The position numbers and the translations under genes were made by a program. This document shows positions 1 to 6,553 of a DNA stretch of 64,000 nt, piece after piece. The stretch comes from a virus: positions 1 to 64,000 of the IMG/VR virus record IMGVR_UViG_3300032249_000861; one strand, 5' to 3'. The notes beneath the pieces are model-generated. The model was not told the origin of the DNA, searched no databases, and was given only the letters and a program-made list of their open reading frames with translations. Each line of letters starts with the position of its first letter. Position 1 is the stretch's first letter.

Positions 1-88
1 ATCCACCATAGACCGAATAGAAGACGAAACCCACAACAGCAACGGCAGCAGCCGCAAGAATCGAACCAAACAAAATCACATCGTTCAT
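1..88 (-). CDS. Small membrane protein, truncated at the window edge (MNDVILFGSILAAAAVAVVGFVFYSVYGG...)
   Basis: Manual translation; ATG at 88-86 preceded by GAAAGGG; hydrophobic stretch; promoter at ~134-174. Confidence 0.6.
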   Translation of the reverse strand, partial: MNDVILFGSILAAAAVAVVGFVFYSVYGG

Positions 89-133
89 AGAAACCCTTTC
101 AAATTGAAAATCGATCACAACATCCATGCCACA

Positions 134-174
134 AGTCTACACTAATTATCGTCATTTGTCAAGTGGGAACTTTA
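134..174 (-). promoter_or_regulatory. Composite early promoter: TTGACA-17-TAGACT overlapping TAAA-17-GACGATAA
   Basis: Read directly on the minus strand; same architecture as the other cassette promoters. Confidence 0.7.
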
Positions 175-187
175 AAAAAATTTTGGT

Positions 188-346
188 TCACCACCCATTA
201 CGGCGACACTCTTCATTCCAAGCGTCTACCTCTGCTTTTTGCTTACGGGTAACTGCCGGACCCTCGCCCGTCAAGTAAGCGTCACGGGCTGCATCATAGC
301 CATCATCCGAATCTTCGTCATCGTACTCGTTATCATACCGACTCAT
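188..346 (-). CDS. Small acidic hypothetical protein (MSRYDNEYDDEDSDD...)
   Basis: ORF 188..403; likely start is ATG 346 after GAGG, because the promoter lies at ~375-416. Confidence 0.65.
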   Translation of the reverse strand: MSRYDNEYDDEDSDDGYDAARDAYLTGEGPAVTRKQKAEVDAWNEECRRNGW

Positions 347-374
347 CACCAACCTCACTTTCTTGTATGCCATC

Positions 375-416
375 ATTCTACCATATATTATCGGCAAATG
401 CAAGGGGCGAACTTGA
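375..416 (-). promoter_or_regulatory. Composite early promoter: TTGCAT-17-TAGAAT overlapping TCAA-17-GCCGATAA
   Basis: Direct reading of the minus strand. Confidence 0.75.
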
Positions 417-442
417 ATCTTACGAGATTGTAAGGATTGTCG

Positions 443-520
443 TAAAGTGTTGCAGCATAAAGACTTGCGACGACCCCGGCCCGCCCCGTCGGCCCTAAGT
501 GCTTGAACACAAAGGGTTTA
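443..520. repeat. 78-bp bipartite element E1 (box 443-467, GC core, box 496-520)
   Basis: Two boxes of pattern TAA-N4-TT-N7-AA-N4-TTR; 28-bp spacer containing GGCCCGCCCC. Confidence 0.9.
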
Positions 521-534
521 CGACGAGGGAGAGT

Positions 535-765
535 TTACTCAAAATCAACAAAGATGATCTGAGCGTAGCCGCGAGGCTTAACGGTATAGCCATCTCCATA
601 GTCAAGGGTATCGGCCTTAACAGCCGTCATACCAGCTAGAGCCTTAGCCTTACGAACAACACTGCGCTGGCTAGCATTTTTCTTGGGGATGAACTCGTAA
701 CGATTCACCCAACCAAAGTTAGCTTCACCACCAAAAGTATCCGTATGGGTAACAACGCACTTCAT
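535..765 (-). CDS. Hypothetical phage protein, 76 aa
   Basis: ORF track; ATGA overlap with the upstream gene; ends just before E1. Confidence 0.75.
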   Translation of the reverse strand: MKCVVTHTDTFGGEANFGWVNRYEFIPKKNASQRSVVRKAKALAGMTAVKADTLDYGDGYTVKPRGYAQIIFVDFE

Positions 766-905
766 TTTGCCAATTCCTTTGCTTTCATGGTTTCAAGATA
801 CAACTGTTCCAACATCTTCACACGATTTACTGCACGATCAGTCTCACGATTCATGAGTATAACAGCTTTCTCATGTGCTGTCAACTCTATCTTTTTCGTT
901 TTCAT
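762..905 (-). CDS. Hypothetical protein, 47 aa (MKTKKIELTAHEKAV...)
   Basis: Manual translation; ATGA overlaps at both ends. Confidence 0.6.
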   Translation of the reverse strand: MKTKKIELTAHEKAVILMNRETDRAVNRVKMLEQLYLETMKAKELAK

Positions 906-1057
906 TTGTTTTCTTCTTCTTTCTTCAACGGGCCACGATAGCCCCTGAACTTTCTCAACTCACCATAGTAGTTACGACTAGCAGACCCGTGCGAGGTCTT
1001 TTTCTTTTTAGGGTTTTGGTACATAACTTTCAACAAAAATTCATAATGAGGATCCAT
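902..1057 (-). CDS. Hypothetical basic protein, 51 aa (MDPHYEFLLKV...)
   Basis: Manual translation; AGGAG RBS. Confidence 0.55.
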   Translation of the reverse strand: MDPHYEFLLKVMYQNPKKKKTSHGSASRNYYGELRKFRGYRGPLKKEEENK

Positions 1058-1068
1058 TTTTTATACTC

Positions 1069-1224
1069 CTAACCAAACAACTCATATTCTTCATCGGTCA
1101 ATGCTACCTCATCGGGACGATAGCAGTTATTGCCGTACAGATCACGATTCTTAGGACGCTTTTCCCATTCGTCCATGAATCGGTTATACTCTTCGATACG
1201 CTTTTCTTCTTCGCTTTTCATCAT
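1069..1224 (-). CDS. Hypothetical protein, 51 aa (MMKSEEEKRIEEYNRF...)
   Basis: Manual translation; directly downstream of the promoter at ~1245-1282. Confidence 0.6.
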   Translation of the reverse strand: MMKSEEEKRIEEYNRFMDEWEKRPKNRDLYGNNCYRPDEVALTDEEYELFG

Positions 1225-1317
1225 TCACTCTCTTTTTCTACTCTATTATCGACAAGTATAGCAGAGAAACTTTAGGTGTCAAGCAGGAAGTTTTCTTACA
1301 ATATCGTAAGGTTATCG

Positions 1318-1395
1318 TAAAGCATTACAACATAAGGACTTACGCTTCGCCCGGCCTGCCCCGTTTGACGTAAGTGTTTACGCCATAAGGGTTTA
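1318..1395. repeat. 78-bp bipartite element E2
   Basis: Boxes 1318-1342 and 1371-1395; core GGCCTGCCCC. Confidence 0.9.
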
Positions 1396-1397
1396 GA

Positions 1398-1841
1398 TTA
1401 GGTGCAGTTGTAGGTGTCGGTGTAAACCTCGCACCCCATCTCACTAAGCCGTGCGGCCAGCTCCCTAACCAATTCCGTACGCTCAGTCAGAGTGTTGGGG
1501 GTTCCGTTGATATATTTGGGAGCCCAATATCCATTATCGTCATATGTACCAGCACCAAGATCGAGCTTTCCCAGAGCAACATCAACGAAATCCTTGCTCT
1601 CTTTCAGACCCCACAGCAGAGTGTTTCTTACGGCAGCAATGCACCGAATCTTCTCTTTGACAGGAACGCTTTGCAGAGTCAGATTCATGTGACGGGTGGG
1701 CTCAGAGCAACCACGATCACACGGAGACAGGCCGATTTCAATAGCCCTCTGAATCTCGTCACGAATAGTGTCGGAGATACTGGTGTTGCGGAGCAGCGAG
1801 AGAGCAGAGGTGAGAGCGAGCGAGAGGTTGATATTGTTCAT
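1398..1841 (-). CDS. Protein with a ribosomal protein bL12 (L7/L12) C-terminal-like domain
   Basis: KEKIRCIAAVRNTLLWGLKESKDFVD...ELAARLSEMGCEV resembles the bL12 CTD pattern KI-x-VIK-x-VR-x-TGLGLKEAK-x-LV...L-x-x-x-GA-x-V. Confidence 0.6.
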   Translation of the reverse strand: MNNINLSLALTSALSLLRNTSISDTIRDEIQRAIEIGLSPCDRGCSEPTRHMNLTLQSVPVKEKIRCIAAVRNTLLWGLKESKDFVDVALGKLDLGAGTYDDNGYWAPKYINGTPNTLTERTELVRELAARLSEMGCEVYTDTYNCT

Positions 1842-1942
1842 CTTGAAGTTCCTACTGGGGGTTTGGTTAGTGATTACACACTAGTCTACCATACATTATC
1901 GACCAATGCAAGAGGGTGTCTTGAAAAATTCTTTTTTTATCC

Positions 1943-2020
1943 TAAGTCTATTAGCTTCAAGGACTTGCGTCAAAAGCGGCCCGCCCCGTTTGCCCTAAGT
2001 GCTGTCGCACAAAGGGTTTA
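1943..2020. repeat. 78-bp bipartite element E3
   Basis: Boxes 1943-1967 and 1996-2020; core GGCCCGCCCC. Confidence 0.9.
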
Positions 2021-2031
2021 GGGGGAATGGC

Positions 2032-2307
2032 TCAGTCGTCGTATGGGCCATCTTCGTTATAGTCTACAAATCCCACAGCCTCATCAGCGTGGAAATCTTC
2101 CTGATAATCTAAATCTTCCCCATAACAGCCGTAATCTTCATCGGTTCCCCATCCTGCGGAAGCCAACGCAGATTCAGCATCACCATCCATACTATCATCA
2201 AACGAATCATCGTCAAATTCTCCAACGGTATCATCTTGCTCAAAATCGTATCCCTGTCCGTATTCCTCATTCCAGCCCTGATCAGCACTGTCGTAGCTCA
2301 TGGTCAA
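2032..2307 (-). CDS. Highly acidic small protein (motif DGDAESALASAGWGTDEDYG)
   Basis: ORF track; extreme D/E content and no K/R. Confidence 0.75.
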   Translation of the reverse strand: MTMSYDSADQGWNEEYGQGYDFEQDDTVGEFDDDSFDDSMDGDAESALASAGWGTDEDYGCYGEDLDYQEDFHADEAVGFVDYNEDGPYDD

Positions 2308-2367
2308 TCCCTCACAATGGTGGTGATGTAAAACAGGCCAACGTATCCGACAACAAAAGCAATTGCA

Positions 2368-2541
2368 CTAAGCATGATCATACTCCTCTGGAACAAATTC
2401 GTCAATAGCACCCACAACGTCTGCCCAATCCCAAAAGTTGACTTCCACACTAGGGTCGTCGATAGGCTCAACCATCGGCTCAACAATACCCGCTTCGGCC
2501 ATGTCGTTCAGAATGTCGTTGATCTCGTCGAAGTTCAGCAT
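2368..2541 (-). CDS. Acidic small protein (MLNFDEINDILNDMAEAG...)
   Basis: ORF 2368..2607; likely start 2541 after AGGA, downstream of the promoter. Confidence 0.65.
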   Translation of the reverse strand: MLNFDEINDILNDMAEAGIVEPMVEPIDDPSVEVNFWDWADVVGAIDEFVPEEYDHA

Positions 2542-2578
2542 GATTCTGATTCCTGTGGTTTCCGTTCGTGATGCTGCG

Positions 2579-2620
2579 ATTATACTCTTATTATCGGCCA
2601 GCGTCAAGCAGAAACTTGGA
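2579..2620 (-). promoter_or_regulatory. Composite early promoter: TTGACG-17-TATAAT overlapping CCAA-17-GCCGATAA
   Basis: Direct reading of the minus strand. Confidence 0.75.
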
Positions 2621-2671
2621 AAATTCCAGAATATAATTTCATGCCAAAGATGAAAAATCTTTTAGTTGACG

Positions 2672-2749
2672 TAAAGCGTTGGTACATAAAGACTTACGCT
2701 TCGCGGGGCGGGCCGGACTCGCGGTAAGTCCTTACTGGTGAAGGAGATA
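2672..2749. repeat. 78-bp bipartite element E4 (core inverted)
   Basis: Boxes 2672-2696 and 2725-2749; core GGGGCGGGCC; right box overlaps the stop of ORF 2732..2920. Confidence 0.85.
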
Positions 2750-2920
2750 CGTCAAGCCACACCCTAGAATGAAACACACCCCCAGTAGAACATAATCACT
2801 AATTTTCATCATTTTCCTCCATATACATGATATTTGACATACTAGCATACAGAATAATACCAACAATATACCCAAAAGCCACACTGATAAAATCAAACTG
2901 ATACATCCCTGTATCTCCAT
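2732..2920 (-). CDS. Small membrane protein with two hydrophobic segments
   Basis: ORF track; hydrophobic composition. Confidence 0.55.
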   Translation of the reverse strand: MEIQGCISLILSVWLLGILLVLFCMLVCQISCIWRKMMKISDYVLLGVCFILGCGLTYLLHQ

Positions 2921-2934
2921 TTTGGTTTAAGTGG

Positions 2935-3129
2935 TCAATCCCTGTATCCTACCCAGAAATCATCCCCATCATCACTCTTCATAAGGGTAAAACCTCTGGC
3001 CCTCATAGCCTCATACTCATGTATTCTCTGCCAAACTTCTCCCACAATAGAGAGAAAGTAGACAAACCCCAAAACAAAAAGCATAAGACCCATCCAAGCC
3101 CACACCAGAATAAAATCGCCCATGTTCAA
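2935..3129 (-). CDS. Small membrane protein
   Basis: ORF track; N-terminal TM segment; GGAGG RBS. Confidence 0.65.
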   Translation of the reverse strand: MNMGDFILVWAWMGLMLFVLGFVYFLSIVGEVWQRIHEYEAMRARGFTLMKSDDGDDFWVGYRD

Positions 3130-3329
3130 GCCTCCGTTTCGGCAGGGATATTGGTCAAATTCTCACACTGGTCAAGGTAGCACGACCGATACTCAGTATG
3201 TCCAATCTTCACAATCATCAACTTACCCTTGGGCTTATCTTCAACCCTACGAACCTCACCACGGAAGTCCTCACCCTTATAGCTAAACTCTACCCAATCA
3301 TACCGCTGGGGCAACACAATGTTACTCAT
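3126..3329 (-). CDS. Small beta-rich hypothetical protein (MSNIVLPQRYDWVEF...)
   Basis: ORF 3126..3377; likely start after GAGG. Confidence 0.65.
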   Translation of the reverse strand: MSNIVLPQRYDWVEFSYKGEDFRGEVRRVEDKPKGKLMIVKIGHTEYRSCYLDQCENLTNIPAETEA

Positions 3330-3425
3330 CTTTTCCTCTTGGTTACTGGTCATCTTCCCTATACCTATTATCGACATCCTACCACATCAGCCTTTAGTCT
3401 GCAACACCTTGCAATGCCGTAAGGT

Positions 3426-3629
3426 TCAGATTCTCCACTCAACAAATTTGAGCGTGAAAACTTGACCGGGATACTTACTGGCGATATACGCCCGTGCAGT
3501 CTCCTCACGATTGTCGGTGGCGCCAACGCCTTGAACAACCTTTCCGTCAATGATCACACTCCAAATCTTACGCTTCCGAATTTTGGGAAGCGAACCAATG
3601 AAACCATTCACACTCGTAACTTTTTCCAT
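3426..3629 (-). CDS. Hypothetical protein (MEKVTSVNGFIGSLPK...)
   Basis: ORF 3426..3740; promoter TTGACA-17-TATAAT at ~3658-3686 places the start downstream. Confidence 0.65.
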   Translation of the reverse strand: MEKVTSVNGFIGSLPKIRKRKIWSVIIDGKVVQGVGATDNREETARAYIASKYPGQVFTLKFVEWRI

Positions 3630-3732
3630 CTTCAACTCTCTCTTTCTTTCTGTCACCATTATACAAGTATTATCGTCATTTGTCAATAGCTTAGGCCAGA
3701 AAAACTTTCCTTGCAATGTCGTAAGGTTGTCG

Positions 3733-3810
3733 TAAGTCATTACCCCACAAGTACTTACGCTTCGCGGGGCGGGCCGCGTTTGCCCTAAGTGCTTATAGGG
3801 TAACGCTTTA
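3733..3810. repeat. 78-bp bipartite element E5 (core inverted)
   Basis: Boxes 3733-3757 and 3786-3810; core GGGGCGGGCC. Confidence 0.9.
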
Positions 3811-3845
3811 TGTCAACTGCTATAATTTTGTGCAGTAGTGATCGT

Positions 3846-4220
3846 TCATTCATCACTCTTGAAGCTGAACGGGCTGAGTTCCAGATGGGCGACCGCACCG
3901 TATTGCTTGGTCAGTTCTTCGACACGTTCACGACTTCCCGGCTTGCCAACCGGAACGATCATTGTGTCCTCACCCCCCACATAGCGTGGGTCAGCCTTTT
4001 CCTTGCGAGCTTTGCCAATGTTCTTCAGTGCGGCACGATTGAACTTGAGAACCTTTTCAGTCACAACGTAACGCTTGTGGTCAGTTACACCGTGAACATA
4101 GTCAACGTCGATGATAAACTGCTCATCGGTCACTTCGTGGCGAACGGGAATCGCGATACCCTTGAAGATCATACGGGCTTGACGCTCGGCATTTTCGATG
4201 ATGGGATACTTGGTTTTCAT
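3846..4220 (-). CDS. Hypothetical protein, 124 aa
   Basis: ORF track; own promoter TTGACA-16-TATAAT at 4261-4288. Confidence 0.75.
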   Translation of the reverse strand: MKTKYPIIENAERQARMIFKGIAIPVRHEVTDEQFIIDVDYVHGVTDHKRYVVTEKVLKFNRAALKNIGKARKEKADPRYVGGEDTMIVPVGKPGSRERVEELTKQYGAVAHLELSPFSFKSDE

Positions 4221-4295
4221 TTTCTTTTCTCTCTTAGGTCTATCGTTCTCTTGTGCGTGAATTATACCAAAAAACTTTTTCTTGTCAATCCCCTC

Positions 4296-4454
4296 TTATG
4301 CGGGGGATATCTCATGATCGCCACAATCCCAAAGGTTTCCACCTTCGGTACGCACGATCCACACATTCCCCTCATCGTAGGTATAGGAAACAATCTTTCC
4401 TACAATCTTTTTCTCGAATCCCTTGAGCACAACCTTATCACCAATTTCAAACAT
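4296..4454 (-). CDS. Small SH3/KOW-like hypothetical protein (MFEIGDKVVLKGFEKKIVGKIV...)
   Basis: Manual translation; F-x-IGD-x-V start is typical of small phage beta-barrels; promoter at ~4487-4523. Confidence 0.6.
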   Translation of the reverse strand: MFEIGDKVVLKGFEKKIVGKIVSYTYDEGNVWIVRTEGGNLWDCGDHEISPA

Positions 4455-4587
4455 TCTTTTCTCTCTTTCTTTCTTCTCTATCTCTTATATCGACATTATA
4501 CCACAGCTTTCTTGAGTTTGCAAGAGAAATCCAGAGATTTTATTGTCAAGAGATTTTGACAAAACTTTTCGTCATTTCCTTTGGGCT

Positions 4588-4603
4588 TGGCACACCATTT
4601 GCT
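4588..4603 (+). promoter_or_regulatory. Exact sigma54 -24/-12 consensus TGGCAC-N5-TTGCT
   Basis: Sequence TGGCACACCATTTGCT, immediately left of E6. Confidence 0.4.
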
Positions 4604-4612
4604 AAGTCGTCG

Positions 4613-4690
4613 TAAAGTCTTATGGGGCAAGTACTTACGTCGAGCGGGGCCCGCCCGCCTTGCCCTAAGTGCTTTAGGGTCAAGGACTTA
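4613..4690. repeat. 78-bp bipartite element E6
   Basis: Boxes 4613-4637 and 4666-4690; core GGGGCCCGCCCGCC. Confidence 0.9.
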
Positions 4691-4693
4691 CGG

Positions 4694-5011
4694 TTAGTAT
4701 ACCAGATTCATATCGGCTACCGTTACCCCATCAGTATATGGTGTACCATCGTCCAGGTACCATTCTCCCTTGCGTTGATACACACGTACAGGCGAATACT
4801 GGTTGATTCTATCTTTAGTGGTAATGGTATACCATCCACCCGTATTGAGTGTAGCAGAGTTATCGGGATGAATACGTACAACGGTCGTACCATGTAAGGC
4901 GATACCTACGCTACCATCAGGAAGAATTTCCGCATAGGTATTGTTACCCACCTTGCGAGTATTCCTCTTAGTCTTACCATGTACCATCTTAGTAGCTTCG
5001 TAGTGTGTCAT
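4694..5011 (-). CDS. Hypothetical phage protein (MTHYEATKMVHGK...LNTGGWYTITTKDRINQY)
   Basis: ORF 4694..5101; likely start 5011 after AAGGA. Confidence 0.75.
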   Translation of the reverse strand: MTHYEATKMVHGKTKRNTRKVGNNTYAEILPDGSVGIALHGTTVVRIHPDNSATLNTGGWYTITTKDRINQYSPVRVYQRKGEWYLDDGTPYTDGVTVADMNLVY

Positions 5012-5021
5012 TTTGTTTTCC

Positions 5022-5141
5022 TTAGTCGTTTTCGTGCAGAATGGAATGAACAGCGTTACCCACTTCGTGGGCAGTATACGAAATAAAACCAGCAAAAGCA
5101 ATCAAGGCGAACAGTTGAGCGTATTCGATAACCGTAATCAT
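5022..5141 (-). CDS. Small membrane peptide, 39 aa (MITVIEYAQLFALIAFAGFISY...)
   Basis: Manual translation; promoter TTGACA-17-TAGAAT just upstream. Confidence 0.5.
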   Translation of the reverse strand: MITVIEYAQLFALIAFAGFISYTAHEVGNAVHSILHEND

Positions 5142-5241
5142 TAGACTCTCTCTTTCTTGTGTCATCATTCTACATCTATTATCGACCAATGTCAACCCCT
5201 AGCAGCAAGAAAAACTTCCTTACAATACCGTAAGCTTTCTC

Positions 5242-5319
5242 TAAGTCTATACGGAATAAGCACTTACGTCGAGTTCGGCCCGTCCGCCTAGCCCTAAGTA
5301 CTTATAGGGCAGGGGTTTA
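5242..5319. repeat. 78-bp bipartite element E7
   Basis: Boxes 5242-5266 and 5295-5319; core GGCCCGTCCG. Confidence 0.9.
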
Positions 5320-5321
5320 CG

Positions 5322-5537
5322 TCATGAGGCGTGAATGAACACCGTTTCGCTTACTGTACGGTTGGTCACCGTCACGATCCAATTCTTTCCACTACCATCC
5401 TCACGCATGATGCCATTGATAAGGCCCACATGAGCGTTACCCCTTGGGTCGATCACACAGTGATACTTGCCAGCTCGCATAGCAGCGAAAATCTTGTCAA
5501 GATTATTCGTCACAGTTTTATAGTTAGTCTGAAGCAT
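5322..5537 (-). CDS. Hypothetical protein, 71 aa
   Basis: ORF track; GAGG RBS; stop abuts E7. Confidence 0.75.
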   Translation of the reverse strand: MLQTNYKTVTNNLDKIFAAMRAGKYHCVIDPRGNAHVGLINGIMREDGSGKNWIVTVTNRTVSETVFIHAS

Positions 5538-5603
5538 CTTTTTCCTCTTGGGTTGATTCTATTCTAGTGTTTTGCTCTTACGTTGTCAATACTGTACGAA
5601 CTA

Positions 5604-5837
5604 TCAGTTGACCGCAAAATCATCGATAACGTATCCCATATCGTCAATCTCGATCCAACCGCCATCGTCCATGAACCCAAGCTCATCATCGATTGCAATC
5701 TGGTTGTATCCGCTTGCACGAACATGGTCGAGAAGATCAGCAGCAAAAGCAACTCGACCAACCAAAGTAGAAAGGCTAGTGTTGTCAAGGAACTCCCTCA
5801 ACTCAGCCACAGTGTTCAGAACGATCAGGTTTTCCAT
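5604..5837 (-). CDS. Acidic hypothetical protein (MENLIVLNTVAELREFL...)
   Basis: ORF 5604..5879; likely start after GAGGA. Confidence 0.7.
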   Translation of the reverse strand: MENLIVLNTVAELREFLDNTSLSTLVGRVAFAADLLDHVRASGYNQIAIDDELGFMDDGGWIEIDDMGYVIDDFAVN

Positions 5838-5969
5838 TTTCTTATCCTCTTTTTGTCTCTTGGTCTCTTGTGCTTTCATTATACAGTATTTATCGACACT
5901 TTCAAGAGAAATCTTTGGAATTTTTGAAATATAATTTCATGCCAAACAAAATCTTTTTTATATTTATCA

Positions 5970-6047
5970 TAAGTCTATATGTGGTAAGCACTTACGTCAA
6001 GCGGGGCCCGTCCAACAAGACATAAGTCCTTGCCTACCATATACTTA
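5970..6047. repeat. 78-bp bipartite element E8 (rightmost copy)
   Basis: Boxes 5970-5994 and 6023-6047; core GGGGCCCGTCC. Confidence 0.85.
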
Positions 6048-6157
6048 GGGGGTTTTTTCGTTTTCAAGGGGCTAAGGGGCCGCACCGTCAAAACCGCCGG
6101 GAGGTCCATAAACAATAAGCACCCCCATATATAATTGGCCAGTTTAATAGCCAGTTA

Positions 6158-6462
6158 TTAGTATCTGTTTGGAACATAAACCGTTTGAGGCAATGTTACC
6201 ACTTCATACTTTTTAAAAAAGCAACAGTATCGACGTTCCACTAGTATATTTTGATAACTTGTCACAGGAACGAACAGAGGAACTGCAGGAGCAATAGTTA
6301 CGGTTGGAGCATAATATTGAATCATCTGAAAATTTTGAACTACTGGAGCTTGTTGACTCACTATTGGAGCCCGATAAACATACGGCCCCATCCTTCATCT
6401 CCATTAACACTACCACAACATCCTACACAAACTAAAAACACTGTTGCTAATAGCTTTTTCAT
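6158..6462 (-). pseudogene. Frameshifted secreted Pro/Val/Tyr-rich protein
   Basis: Signal peptide MKKLLATVFLVCVG (ATG 6462) is out of frame with PYVYRAP...PNRY at ~6385; resembles 9312..9626. Confidence 0.5.
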
Positions 6463-6553
6463 AAAAAATCCTCTATATTAGAAAGTAATTGACCGATTTC
6501 CCGCTAATACTATTATCGACAGACCTTGCTCGGAACTTTAGAAATAGCAGAAA

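Noticed and set aside
3810-4559. 249-aa plus-strand ORF and other + ORFs in 1-6 kb
   Set aside because: They lie antisense to minus-strand genes that have promoters and RBSs, and they run across promoter or element DNA.
443-6047. Repeats as a CRISPR array
   Set aside because: The units are degenerate 78-mers separated by 550-980 bp of coding DNA, and no cas genes are present.
443-6047. 78-bp elements as attC-like ssDNA hairpins with box1:box2 pairing
   Set aside because: The N7 spacers pair in E5 but not in E6 or most other copies, so covariation is not general; no IntI is present in the window.
443-6047. Helical phasing of inter-element distances
   Set aside because: Only five of seven distances are near-integer multiples of 10.4 bp, and the result depends on the period chosen.
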